Part shown: positions 46,689-55,727 of the stretch, piece by piece
Position numbering within the stretch: position 1 is the first letter of the stretch
How the letters are laid out: each line of letters starts with the position of its first letter
Source: an uncultured Altererythrobacter sp.
GTDB lineage: Bacteria; Pseudomonadota; Alphaproteobacteria; Sphingomonadales; Sphingomonadaceae
Direction of reading: 5' to 3'
Assembly: GCA_913056125.1 (NCBI GenBank)
Contig: CAJXNC010000012.1
Location: forward strand, 18,861-82,860
DNA length: 64,000 nucleotides
Made by a program: the position numbers and the translations under genes
Notes under the pieces: generated by a model
What the model saw: only the letters and a program-made list of their open reading frames with translations
The model's database searches: none
What the model was told of the DNA's origin: nothing

Positions 46689-48167
46689 TTATTTGGGTAT
46701 GACAGCAAGGTCTGACAAGGGATGGAAGGCCCAGAGGTTGCCCGAGAAGCCATCGACATTGCCGCGCACCAGCGACCAGCGGATCGGCGGACCGAAGGGA
46801 ATGTAGATATTGGAGAGCGTCAAATCCGCCTCGGCCTCGGCCAGCAGGTAAGTGCGTCGCTCGACATTGTCCTCGTCCAGCGCCTGACCGACGAGGAAAT
46901 CCACATCATCGTCGCACAATCCGCGCTCAAGCCCGCAATTGAACTGGTTGAGGAACCAGCGTGGCGCGGCATAGCGGGCGATGCGGTCGACGATGAGAAG
47001 GTCCGCCTCGGCGCGGGATTCCGCCCGCACAAGCTCGACGCCAATCAGGCGCCATTGGGCCGCCAACTCGCGGAAAAGGATATCATTGCCGGGTTCATCG
47101 CCGATCAGCATGGCAATCCTTGGCATCGCCTCGATATCCTCCTGCCCCGCCCGCCATTCGGCGATGCGTGCCGCAGCCGCTTCGCGCAGCTCGTCGATCG
47201 AGCGGTCCGCCCAGCGCTCCGGAACGAGGCCGGGATCGCCCGGCAGGCCCGGCGTGACGACCCGTGTAGAGGCTTGCCAGCCGCCGATATTGAACGGCTC
47301 CAGCAGGGCAGCGCGATCAAGCGCCATGGCCAGGGCCTCGCGCAATTCGCTCGTTTCCAGCACGCCATTGGCACGGCGAACGTGCACACCGAACAGTCCA
47401 ATCGCCGGATCCAGGCGCACGGTCCCGCGCGACAGCGGCCCGGTATTGACCAGCGGCATGGCGCCGATCCGGCCTCCTAGGACCACTTCGATCCCGCCAT
47501 CCTCGAACCCCTCAATGGCCTCTGTCGCAGTGAGCGCATGGATCTGCACAGGCCGCACGTAATCCTGCCAGTCCTCGGACAGGGGAAGGCCGCGCTGTTC
47601 AGGCGGCTTCATTTCGAGGACGGAGGAATCATTAGCGAGGCGCAGCACCATCGGGCCCGTTTCGCCTTCTCCCCGGTGCAGGCCCAGTTCGGGCTGGGCG
47701 AGCAATTGCAGGAGGTTGGGAACCGCGCTGGACAGGCGAATTTCGATCACCCGTCCGGCCATGGCCCTGACGTCCGTCACTGGGGCCAGATCGAGCCCCA
47801 GCGAGGTGCCGCGCAGATCGCGAATCGCGCGATTGAGGGCGATGCGCACGCTATCTGCCGAAAGCGCCTCTCCATCGGGCCAGTTGCCGTCGCGGAGCCT
47901 GAACACGAAAATCCGGCCATTCTCCGTGACGTTCCAGCGATCCGCAAGCGCGGGTACGACCTCTCCGTCCTGGTCCAGCGCGACAAGGCCGGACCGTATC
48001 GCAGCGCGCACATGCTGGCCACCTGCGGAAAGCCGCACACCATCTTCGAAGAGGTTCACATCGCTATCGATGAAGGCGACATCGAAGGCGCCATCGTCCG
48101 AACTGCCGCAACCGGCAAGCGCCAGGGCCAAGCCCGAAACCAACAATGTCGAGGAGCGAGAAGCCAT
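46689..48167 (-). CDS. ABC-transporter family-5 (peptide/nickel-type) substrate-binding lipoprotein, orphan
   Basis: 492-aa ORF with lipobox LALAGC. GLVALDQDGEVVPALADRWNVTENGRIFVFRLRDGNWPDGEALSADSV. No permease or ATPase gene is adjacent. Confidence 0.75.
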   Translation of the reverse strand: MASRSSTLLVSGLALALAGCGSSDDGAFDVAFIDSDVNLFEDGVRLSAGGQHVRAAIRSGLVALDQDGEVVPALADRWNVTENGRIFVFRLRDGNWPDGEALSADSVRIALNRAIRDLRGTSLGLDLAPVTDVRAMAGRVIEIRLSSAVPNLLQLLAQPELGLHRGEGETGPMVLRLANDSSVLEMKPPEQRGLPLSEDWQDYVRPVQIHALTATEAIEGFEDGGIEVVLGGRIGAMPLVNTGPLSRGTVRLDPAIGLFGVHVRRANGVLETSELREALAMALDRAALLEPFNIGGWQASTRVVTPGLPGDPGLVPERWADRSIDELREAAAARIAEWRAGQEDIEAMPRIAMLIGDEPGNDILFRELAAQWRLIGVELVRAESRAEADLLIVDRIARYAAPRWFLNQFNCGLERGLCDDDVDFLVGQALDEDNVERRTYLLAEAEADLTLSNIYIPFGPPIRWSLVRGNVDGFSGNLWAFHPLSDLAVIPK

Positions 48168-48214
48168 GCCTTGGATTAGGCTGGCTGCGGGCGGCCTTCA
48201 ACCGCCCATTCGCG

Positions 48215-48583
48215 TCAGAGCTTGCGCAGACGTTCGTTCGCTGCGCGTTCCTCCGAAACCGTCGGGCGCGAGTAAAGCGAATCGTCTTTCTTCTTGGCGG
48301 CAACCGGCGCGCGGGCTCTCTTCGGATCGATCTCGTCGGCAAAGGCAATGCCGAAGCGCGTCTCCTGGCGCCACGCCACGGTACCCTCAATCCAGCCGAG
48401 ATTGCGCAATTCGACGGAAACCGTTTCTCCGCGCGCGACCTTGACCTCACCCTCGGCCATCATGCCACCGGCGGAAAGATTGCGAACCTTGACGCGATGC
48501 ATCTCGTCGCTGCCCGCCACACGCAATTGGGCAAGCAGGAACAAGCTGTCGCGTTCGACCTGGCGTGTATCTACATTGCTCAT
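48215..48583 (-). CDS. PilZ domain protein
   Basis: 122-aa ORF. VKVRNLSAGGMMAEG...GTVAWRQETRFGIAF is the PilZ pattern. Confidence 0.8.
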   Translation of the reverse strand: MSNVDTRQVERDSLFLLAQLRVAGSDEMHRVKVRNLSAGGMMAEGEVKVARGETVSVELRNLGWIEGTVAWRQETRFGIAFADEIDPKRARAPVAAKKKDDSLYSRPTVSEERAANERLRKL

Positions 48584-48732
48584 CGAGCGCTCGAGACCTC
48601 TTGTCCGGGCCCGATCCGCGTGGATGGCAGAGACGGGCGCTACAGTTGAATTCCTGCGCGCGGATATGTGGCAATCACGGCTAATCGAGCGTTAACGGCC
48701 CGCCGCGTGGAACATGCATGTCCCAAATTGGG

Positions 48733-49191
48733 TCAGTTATCGCGCGAAACCTTTTCACGCCGTTCATGCGCCTGCTGCGCCTCGACCGTCATCGTGGCGA
48801 TCGGGCGAGCGATCAGGCGGTTGATGCCGATCGGATCACCGGTCACCTCACACCAGCCATATTCACCCTCGTCGATACGGCGAAGCGCGGCATCGATCTT
48901 GGCGATCAGCTTGCGCTGCCTGTCGCGCGTACGCAGCTCGATCCCCCAATCGGTTTCCGAGGAGGCGCGATCATTGAGGTCGGGTTCGCGAATGGGGCCG
49001 TCCTGCAGGTTCTGCAGCGTGCCTTCCGCCGCGACGAGGATCGACTTTTTCCATTCGAGCAGCAGCACACGAAAATAGTTCAGCTGCGCTTCGCACATAT
49101 ACTCTTCGTCTTCGGACGGAGCGTAGTCGCTGGGCAGCGCACGCTTCGCCTTCGCAAGAATATCGATGTCGTCCCTTGGAATAGACGCCAT
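48733..49191 (-). CDS. dksA: RNA polymerase-binding transcription factor DksA
   Basis: Frame of ORF 48733..49206, with the start at ATG 49191 (GGAG 8 nt upstream). DRASSETDWGIELRTRDRQRKLIAKIDAALRRIDEGEYGWCEVTGDPIG. Confidence 0.9.
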   Translation of the reverse strand: MASIPRDDIDILAKAKRALPSDYAPSEDEEYMCEAQLNYFRVLLLEWKKSILVAAEGTLQNLQDGPIREPDLNDRASSETDWGIELRTRDRQRKLIAKIDAALRRIDEGEYGWCEVTGDPIGINRLIARPIATMTVEAQQAHERREKVSRDN

Positions 49192-49489
49192 TAACGCACT
49201 CCGCATCCTGATCCTGCCAGCCTGTCCTGCATCGCATTCGGCGCTTGCCCTTTTGGGTCTGTCAGCTGCCTTGCCCAGGCCGGATTTGAGGCGGCGCTAT
49301 AGTGGGCGCGCCAAAGACTCACAAGCGACAATTCTGGATAAGTTGTTGAGCCAGGCAATGGCGGCGGCAAAGCCTCCGACACGAATTCGCAGCACGTGTT
49401 AACCATTTCTTGACCATGATCGTCAAAACCTTGGTCCATCGAAGGTTCGGCGATTTGGGGGTCCGGGCCAAATATGGGGGTAAACGATC

Positions 49490-49822
49490 ATGGAACTCGC
49501 CAAGATCGAGACTTTTGCGAAGATCCAGCCGGCCGAGATTTCTGGTGCCGATATGCTGATTGCCCATTGCCTGGCCGCTGCAGCCGATGGGGACATCACC
49601 GCCTATTACGACCTCGGCGTCGCCTTCTCTACCGGTAGCCACGGTGTCGCATGCGACCTTGTCGAGGCGCACAAGTGGTTCAACCTTGCCGCGTCGCGCG
49701 GTCACGAGGAAGCTGCCTGGTGCCGTGCCGACATTTCCGACGAAATGACCGCTCGCGAAATTGCCGAGGCCCAGCGCCGCGCTCGTGAATGGCTTTCCAC
49801 CGGAACGCGCTACGCTGCCTGA
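49490..49822 (+). CDS. Sel1-repeat protein
   Basis: 110-aa ORF. AYYDLGVAFSTGSHGVACDLVEAHKWFNLAASRGHEEA is a Sel1/TPR-like repeat. Confidence 0.75.
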   Translation: MELAKIETFAKIQPAEISGADMLIAHCLAAAADGDITAYYDLGVAFSTGSHGVACDLVEAHKWFNLAASRGHEEAAWCRADISDEMTAREIAEAQRRAREWLSTGTRYAA

Positions 49823-49834
49823 AGCCTGTGCCGT

Positions 49835-50971
49835 TCAGCCCTTCCTGAAGGGCGTGCGGTCGCCCAGCTGCAGGCGATCCATCGCAACCCCGCGGCGCTC
49901 CTGTTCGAGGTATTCGGCGACGGCCCTGCGGAAGCCCGGATCGGCAATGTAATGCATCGAGGTGGTAGCCACCGGTTCATAGCCCCTTGCGAGCTTGTGT
50001 CCGCCCTGCGCGCCCGCCTCCACCCTTTTCAGCCCCCGCTCGATGGCGGCATCAATCGCCTGATAGTAGCATAGCTCGAAATGCAGGAAGGGCTTGTCCA
50101 CCAGGCAGCCCCAATACCTGCCATAGAGCGCATCCGACCCGATGAAATTGAGCGCCCCGGCGATCGGGCGATCATCCTCGAAGGCCAGCAGCAGCAGGAT
50201 CTGCTCACCCATCCTCTCCCCGAACAGGTCGAATGCGGCACGCGTCAGGTAGGGCGCTCCCCATTTGCGCGCGCCCGTGTCCTGATAGAACAGCCAGAAG
50301 GCGTCCCAATGCTCGGGCCGGATGTCGTCTCCGCTCAGGGCCGCGATTCGCACCCCTTCCTGTGCCGCCTTGCGCTCCTTGCGGATGGCCTTGCGTTTGC
50401 GGGATGCCAGCACGCCAAGAAAATCATCGAAGCTGGCAAAATCGCGATTGGTCCAGTGGAACTGGATGTCCTCGCGCCGTAACCATCCCGCATCCTCGAA
50501 GAATGGGTGCTGAGATGTCTCAACAAAGGTTGCATGGGCGGAGGACAGCTCGCTCTGCAGGCAAAGCTGCTCCGCCGCCCGCAATAGCGGTACGCCGAAT
50601 TGGGGGCCGGAAAGGAGCAGGCGCGGCCCGGTGGCCGGGGTGAAGGGAGCGGCGATCTGCAGCTTGGGATAATAGTCCCCGCCCGCCCGGTGCCAGGCAT
50701 CGGCCCAAGCATGATCGAACACATATTCGCCCTGGCTGTGGCTCTTGGCGTAGGATGGCATCGCTGCCAGCAGCTGGCCCTGTGCGTCCTCGATCACCAA
50801 AGGAAGGGGCTGCCAGCCAGTCCCTTCGCCGACGCTGCCCGAATCTTCCAGCGCGGAGAGGAAGGCATGCGACATGAAGGGATTGCCGTGGCCCTCCAGC
50901 GCATCCCACTGCGCCTGTGGAAGCGAGGCAATGCCGGGAGCAATACGGGCTGTGAACTCGCCTTCGGCCAT
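49835..50971 (-). CDS. GNAT-fold N-acetyltransferase of the DUF482 (FemAB-like) family
   Basis: 378-aa ORF. WDALEGHGNPFMSHAFLSALEDSGSV...KSHSQGEYVFDHAWADAW...YYPKLQIAAPFTPATGPRLL. Confidence 0.8.
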   Translation of the reverse strand: MAEGEFTARIAPGIASLPQAQWDALEGHGNPFMSHAFLSALEDSGSVGEGTGWQPLPLVIEDAQGQLLAAMPSYAKSHSQGEYVFDHAWADAWHRAGGDYYPKLQIAAPFTPATGPRLLLSGPQFGVPLLRAAEQLCLQSELSSAHATFVETSQHPFFEDAGWLRREDIQFHWTNRDFASFDDFLGVLASRKRKAIRKERKAAQEGVRIAALSGDDIRPEHWDAFWLFYQDTGARKWGAPYLTRAAFDLFGERMGEQILLLLAFEDDRPIAGALNFIGSDALYGRYWGCLVDKPFLHFELCYYQAIDAAIERGLKRVEAGAQGGHKLARGYEPVATTSMHYIADPGFRRAVAEYLEQERRGVAMDRLQLGDRTPFRKG

Positions 50972-50981
50972 TGCCGCCTAT

Positions 50982-51713
50982 CTAGGGTAGCCTATGCGAT
51001 TCTGCGAGCCCCTGCCCTTCCGCGATCGGCGCATCCGCAAATTCCTGTGCACTTGCGCGCAGGGCGGGCGAAGCGACAGTCCAGGTGAGAAGCGGCAATC
51101 CTCTTGCCCGCTGGCTGGCAGCAAAAGGGCTCGGCAAGTCGCGAACGTCGTAGGCAAGGAAATGGGGCTTCGCCCTCCAAAGGAAGCGATGGCGGGTCAG
51201 GCGCGCACCGCTTGTCCGCCGATCCCGCTCCGTCACGACGAGCCCGCGTACGACCTGGGGCGCATTTCCTGCGAACCAGGATCCGACACGCGGATCGAAG
51301 GACATGACTGCTACCTGGCCCTGATAGCCTTCCAGGTCGCGCCGTACGGCCTTGCACAGGCCCGAAACGGAACGCGGCGGATCGGTCTTCAGCTCGAGCA
51401 GCAGCGGAACCTTGCCATCCACCTGCTCCAGCAGGTCGCGAAGCGTGGGAATGCGCTCTCCGCCAACCGACAGCCTGGTGCTTGTCAGCTCGGCAATTCC
51501 CAGCCGCGCGACCGCGCCCTGTAGACCCGCGAGGCGCTCCAGCGTCGCATCATGGAACACCACCGCCCGGCCGTCACCGCTCAAGCGGATGTCGCACTCG
51601 ATCCCCATGCCAAGTGACATCGCACTGGCAAAGGCAGAAGGGGAATTTTCGGCCACTGTCGGAGAATGCAGCCCGCGATGGGCATATTCCCATTCGCGCA
51701 GCCAGCCGACCAT
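50982..51713 (-). CDS. Glycerophosphodiester phosphodiesterase family protein
   Basis: Frame of ORF 50982..51830, with the start placed at ATG 51713 (MVGWLREWEYAHRGLH; avoids overlap with the upstream RidA gene). ENSPSAF...GIECDIRLSGDGRAVVFHD. Confidence 0.8.
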   Translation of the reverse strand: MVGWLREWEYAHRGLHSPTVAENSPSAFASAMSLGMGIECDIRLSGDGRAVVFHDATLERLAGLQGAVARLGIAELTSTRLSVGGERIPTLRDLLEQVDGKVPLLLELKTDPPRSVSGLCKAVRRDLEGYQGQVAVMSFDPRVGSWFAGNAPQVVRGLVVTERDRRTSGARLTRHRFLWRAKPHFLAYDVRDLPSPFAASQRARGLPLLTWTVASPALRASAQEFADAPIAEGQGLAESHRLP

Positions 51714-51744
51714 GGCGGCATCGGGCGCCGGAACGAGTGCGGCG

Positions 51745-52203
51745 TCAATCCACCGCAAGGGCAATGACGGCATCCACTTCGACAGCAGCGGCAAGCGGCA
51801 GGACGGGCACGCCCACGGCGCTGCGCGCATGGCGACCGATCTCTCCGAACACTTCGAACATCAGCTCGGACGCACCATTGGCAACCTTGGGCTGGTCGGT
51901 GAATTCAGGAGTCGAATTGACGAAGGCGCCGAGCTTGACCACCCGCTCCACCTTGTCGAGCAGGCCAGCCGCCTTGAGCTGTGCAAGGATCATCAGTCCG
52001 CAGGCGCGCGCGGCCGCGTAGCCATCCTCGAGTGCAACATCTTCGCCCAGCCGGCCGGTCACCAGCTTTCCATCGACGAAGGGCAATTGCCCGGAAACAT
52101 GCGCCATTCCCTTGGTCACGACCACGGGCTGGTAAGCCGCGACGGGTGCGGCGGCTTCTGGCAGGGTGATGCCGAGTTCGGCAAGTCGGGCTTCAACGCT
52201 CAT
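51745..52203 (-). CDS. RidA-family protein
   Basis: Frame of ORF 51745..52254, with the start at ATG 52203. MAHVSGQLPF...VKLGAFVNSTPEF...ARSAVGVPVLPLAAAVEVDAV. Confidence 0.85.
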   Translation of the reverse strand: MSVEARLAELGITLPEAAAPVAAYQPVVVTKGMAHVSGQLPFVDGKLVTGRLGEDVALEDGYAAARACGLMILAQLKAAGLLDKVERVVKLGAFVNSTPEFTDQPKVANGASELMFEVFGEIGRHARSAVGVPVLPLAAAVEVDAVIALAVD

Positions 52204-52829
52204 CTTCGCTCTCCATGCAATGTTTCGAGAAGCCAGGGCAGGGCCTCGGCCCAATTGTCTATCCGCGCATGGGCATGCCCCGCCTCATGCGCGCAGGGAA
52301 TATGCGGCGCGATGGCCGGTTCGCCACAGAAATGCAGGCGATGCACAAGCGGCGTGAGCTCGGCAGCGGATTCGTGATGCTTGGCGATATCATCGATGAA
52401 GACGGCCCGCTCGGGCTGGAATTCGTCGATGATGCGGCCGAGCGCCCCGCCTTTTGGGCCCTGGTTGGTAAATACCCGCGCTGTTATTCCAAATTCGCGC
52501 AATTGCCGCGTGCGATCCTCGTTTCTCTTGTCCTGCAGATTGGTGAGCACGACCACGTCGGCCTCGCGCTGCAATTCGGCGATCGCCTCGACTGCGCCGG
52601 CAATCGGCGTCTGCCGGTGCATTTCCGTATCGAAAAAGCTGCCGAGCAGGTCCCATACCTCTTCCTCGGACATCTCGCTTTCGGAATTCCTGCGCCGCAT
52701 GCTCTGGACGAAGACATTACCTTCCAGCGCAAAGTCGACATCATGCGCCGTATCCAGCCAGTCCCGGAAATGGCGCACCATGTGCAGCAATACCTCGTCG
52801 CAATCGGTGACGACCAGCGGACGTTTCAT
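52200..52829 (-). CDS. HAD-family hydrolase
   Basis: 209-aa ORF. Motif I VVTDCDEVL and later VFIDDIAKHH. Confidence 0.7.
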   Translation of the reverse strand: MKRPLVVTDCDEVLLHMVRHFRDWLDTAHDVDFALEGNVFVQSMRRRNSESEMSEEEVWDLLGSFFDTEMHRQTPIAGAVEAIAELQREADVVVLTNLQDKRNEDRTRQLREFGITARVFTNQGPKGGALGRIIDEFQPERAVFIDDIAKHHESAAELTPLVHRLHFCGEPAIAPHIPCAHEAGHAHARIDNWAEALPWLLETLHGERR

Positions 52830-53107
52830 CGAGCGAACTCCTGTGCGGCAGCGGCCAGTGTTTCGGGCGCAATGCCAAGCGCTTCGGCAGCCCCGACAAG
52901 GTCGGGCTCATGCGCCATGAGGAATTCGAACACTGCACGGTGCGTTGAGTCCTCTCCCGCAGCAGCGCGAAGCCCGTCAGGCGTAAGGCCGGTCAGGTCG
53001 AGAAATCGGTGGGCGCGCCGCTCATCCTGCATGATCCAGCCGAGCGCACCCAGTGCCAGTACCGCTACGTCCTTAACCTGATTTTCAATCCTGTTGAGAA
53101 TTGTCAG
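52826..53107 (-). CDS. DUF3572-like small protein; annotated ATG is 53032 but the family-like sequence continues upstream to a possible CTG start at 53107
   Basis: The 68-aa ORF in the track is MQDERRAHRFLDLTGLTPDGLRAAAGEDSTHRAVFEFLMAHE.... In-frame upstream codons read LTILNRIENQVKDVAVLALGALGWI and are bounded by a TAG at 53123-53125. Confidence 0.5.
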   Translation of the reverse strand: MTILNRIENQVKDVAVLALGALGWIMQDERRAHRFLDLTGLTPDGLRAAAGEDSTHRAVFEFLMAHEPDLVGAAEALGIAPETLAAAAQEFAR

Positions 53108-53172
53108 TCTCCCGAGACGGGTCTAGGGTCGGGTGAAAGCCGTCGGTAATTTCTGCGGCATTCGGGGGCGCA

Positions 53173-53541
53173 ATGACGAAACGTATCCTCGTTGTCGAGG
53201 ACAACGATCTCAACAGGAAGCTTTTCTGCGACGTATTGCAGGCAGGCGGCTTTGCGGTCGAGCCCGTGGCGGACGGCAATGAGGCGCTTCAGCGCGCGCG
53301 CGACTTCTTTCCCAATCTCGTGGTCATGGACATCCAGCTGCAGGATGTGTCGGGCCTCGACCTTATCGCCTCCATGAAGGGCGATGCGCAATTGGCCGAA
53401 GTGCCCGTCCTCGCCGTTACCGCCTATGCCGGCAAGGGCGATGAAGAGCGCATTCGTGAAATCGGCGCCGAAGGCTATCTCGCCAAGCCGGTTTCGATCG
53501 GACCGTTCATGGCTGCGGTAAAGGGCCTTGTCGGCGCCTGA
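53173..53541 (+). CDS. divK: Single-domain response regulator DivK
   Basis: 122-aa ORF, colinear with Caulobacter DivK as I remember it (MTKRILVVEDNDLNRKLF...MDIQLQDVSGLDLI...VLAVTAYAGKGDEERIREIGAEGYLAKPVSI). Confidence 0.85.
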   Translation: MTKRILVVEDNDLNRKLFCDVLQAGGFAVEPVADGNEALQRARDFFPNLVVMDIQLQDVSGLDLIASMKGDAQLAEVPVLAVTAYAGKGDEERIREIGAEGYLAKPVSIGPFMAAVKGLVGA

Positions 53542-53554
53542 TCACATGGAGTGA

Positions 53555-54130
53555 TTACATGCTGGGCGAGACTTCGTAGCCGAAGACAATCAGCGTCAGG
53601 ATCAGACCGGCGATGAACAGCCTGTATGCATAGGCGAGGAACTTGTACTTGCGCCGCTGCAGCACCTGCCCGTTCTGGTAGATGTCGCGCAGCATCATAC
53701 GGTACATGGCCTCTTCGGTTTCCATCCGCTCCAGAACCTCGTCGGCCCACTCGTTCTCGTCTCGGCCGGTGTAATGTCCAAAGAAAAGGCGGTTGGGCGG
53801 GAAAGTTTTCTTCGCGTCGGGCTTGGGCTTGGAGATCGACGGGAGGATGGCGATCACCGCGCACATCGAACTGAGGAAGGAGAAGGTCGCAAGCACGGTC
53901 AACGACCAGGGCAGGCTTCCCGTCAGGGCCCGGCTGACCGACAGCGAAAACACCACGAAGGTCGCGCCCATCAGGATCGAAGCCTTCTGGTCGGCCATCT
54001 GCGACAACGCCATCGTATTGGCCTGGACCGTGCGCAGCATCTGCACGGCATTGGTCGCAAACTTCCTCGGTTCTGACATCATTTGCCCCCGTATTTGTGC
54101 GAATCCTTGCACAGGCGCTACGATTGTCAA
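53555..54130 (-). CDS. DUF5706 / Pycsar-effector-like (PycTM-type) membrane protein, stand-alone; alternative start 54082
   Basis: 191-aa ORF. LSQMADQKASILMGATFVVFSL, a second TM LTVLATFSFLSSMCAVIAILP, then FGHY...EWADEV...MYRMMLRDIYQNGQVLQRRKYKFLAYAYRLFIAGLILTLIV. This matches my memory of the family layout and is not verified by HMM. Confidence 0.6.
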   Translation of the reverse strand: MTIVAPVQGFAQIRGQMMSEPRKFATNAVQMLRTVQANTMALSQMADQKASILMGATFVVFSLSVSRALTGSLPWSLTVLATFSFLSSMCAVIAILPSISKPKPDAKKTFPPNRLFFGHYTGRDENEWADEVLERMETEEAMYRMMLRDIYQNGQVLQRRKYKFLAYAYRLFIAGLILTLIVFGYEVSPSM

Positions 54131-54228
54131 TCACGCTCTCGCTTGACAAGCAGTAGCAAGAGCCGCTTTTCCGCCGCAATGTCTTGGCAGCAAGCCGCTG
54201 CCAGCAATTTGAGATTGGAACATTCCGC

Positions 54229-54471
54229 ATGGACCGCGCAGAAGTCGACAGCAAGATCCGCTCAATCATCGAGCCCTTCAACAAGAAGGGCGTGCCGATC
54301 GAGGACGGGACCACCTTCGCAGGCGACCTTGAGTTCGACAGCCTGACGGTGATGGATTTCGTCGCCGCGATCGAGGACGAATTCGACATCATCATCTCGA
54401 TGAACCAGCAGGCCGAAATCGAGAAATACGGCCAGCTTGTCGATGCTGTCGCCAAGCAGCAGGGCGAGTGA
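54229..54471 (+). CDS. Acyl carrier protein (sphingolipid-associated)
   Basis: Frame of ORF 54184..54471, with the start at ATG 54229. The DSL phosphopantetheine site lies in LEFDSLTVMDFV. Coupled to spt (GTGA overlap). Confidence 0.88.
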   Translation: MDRAEVDSKIRSIIEPFNKKGVPIEDGTTFAGDLEFDSLTVMDFVAAIEDEFDIIISMNQQAEIEKYGQLVDAVAKQQGE

Positions 54472-55727
54472 ACCGGATGAGCGAGGGTGTTTCCCAGGCC
54501 GACCAGCCGGTTTTGCGCGAAGGCGAGAAGCCCGATCTCTTTGACAAGTTCGAAGAGACCATCAAGATTCGCGAAAGCCTGCTGGCCAGCGGTGTGGAGG
54601 ATCCCTTTTCGCTGGTGATGGAGAAGGTACTCTCGCCCACGCGGGCGATCTGCAACGGGCGCGACACCATCCTGCTCGGCACCTACAATTACATGGGCAT
54701 GACCTTCGACCCCGATGTTATCCAGGCGGGCAAGGATGCGCTCGACAATTTCGGTTCGGGAACCACGGGCAGCCGCGTGCTCAACGGCACGTATCAAGGC
54801 CACAAGGAGTGCGAGGAAGCCCTGAAGGAATTCTACGGGATGGACCATGCCATGGTCTTCTCGACCGGCTATCAGGCAAACCTTGGCATCATCTCGACCA
54901 TCGCCGGGAAGGGCGATTACGTCGTCCTCGACATCGATAGCCATGCCAGCATCTGGGATGGCTGCTCACTGGGCAATGCCGAGATCGTGCCGTTCAAGCA
55001 CAATGATATCGAGGCAATGGAAAAGCGCCTACGCCGAATCCCCGAAGGCGCGGGCATCCTGGTCGTGCTTGAAGGCGTCTATTCGATGCTCGGCGACATT
55101 GCCCCGCTCAAGGAAATGGTCACCGTCGCCAAGAAGTATGGCGCCATGGTGCTGGTCGACGAAGCGCATTCCATGGGCTTCATCGGCAACCATGGCCGCG
55201 GCGTATGCGAACAGGCTGGCGTGATCGATGATGTCGACTTCGTGATCGGCACCTTCTCCAAGAGCGTCGGCACGGTCGGCGGCTTCTGCGTCTCCAACCA
55301 TCCCAAGTTCGAGATCATGCGCCTGGTCTGCCGGCCCTATGTCTTCACCGCATCGCTGCCGCCCAGCGTGGTGGCAACCGCAGCGACATCTATCCGCAAG
55401 CTCATGCACGGTTCGAACAAGCGCGCGCATCTGTGGGAGAATTCCAAGCGATTGCATGGCGGCCTGACCGCAATGGGCTTCAAGCTTGGCACGGACGAGC
55501 CGCAAAGCGCCATCGTCGCAGTGATCATGCCCGATCTGAACAAGGGCGCGGCGATGTGGGAAGCACTGCTGAAGGAAGGGCTCTATGTGAACCTCGCCCG
55601 CCCGCCGGCAACGCCCGCCAACATGACCCTGTTGCGCTGCTCGCTCTGCGCCGAACACTCGGCCGAAGAGGTCGAGACCATTCTCGGCATGTTCGAACGC
55701 GCCGGCAAGGCCGTGGGGATTATCTAG
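54468..55727 (+). CDS. spt: Serine palmitoyltransferase
   Basis: 419-aa ORF, colinear with Sphingomonas SPT as I remember it ([20 protein letters not shown]...[13 protein letters not shown]...[20 protein letters not shown]...DEAHSMGF...[13 protein letters not shown]). The start could be GTG 54468 or ATG 54477. Confidence 0.93.
   Translation: MNRMSEGVSQADQPVLREGEKPDLFDKFEETIKIRESLLASGVEDPFSLVMEKVLSPTRAICNGRDTILLGTYNYMGMTFDPDVIQAGKDALDNFGSGTTGSRVLNGTYQGHKECEEALKEFYGMDHAMVFSTGYQANLGIISTIAGKGDYVVLDIDSHASIWDGCSLGNAEIVPFKHNDIEAMEKRLRRIPEGAGILVVLEGVYSMLGDIAPLKEMVTVAKKYGAMVLVDEAHSMGFIGNHGRGVCEQAGVIDDVDFVIGTFSKSVGTVGGFCVSNHPKFEIMRLVCRPYVFTASLPPSVVATAATSIRKLMHGSNKRAHLWENSKRLHGGLTAMGFKLGTDEPQSAIVAVIMPDLNKGAAMWEALLKEGLYVNLARPPATPANMTLLRCSLCAEHSAEEVETILGMFERAGKAVGII

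Noticed and set aside
49399-49414. TTAA-N7-TTGAC upstream of the Sel1-repeat gene
   Set aside because: The second half is more simply read as a sigma70 -35 hexamer (TTGACC), and there is no supporting context.
53073-53088. TTAA-N7-TTCAA CtrA-like box between the DUF3572-like gene and divK
   Set aside because: One half-site is imperfect. The motif also falls inside the probable N-terminal extension of the DUF3572-like coding sequence, so it is not convincing as a regulatory site.
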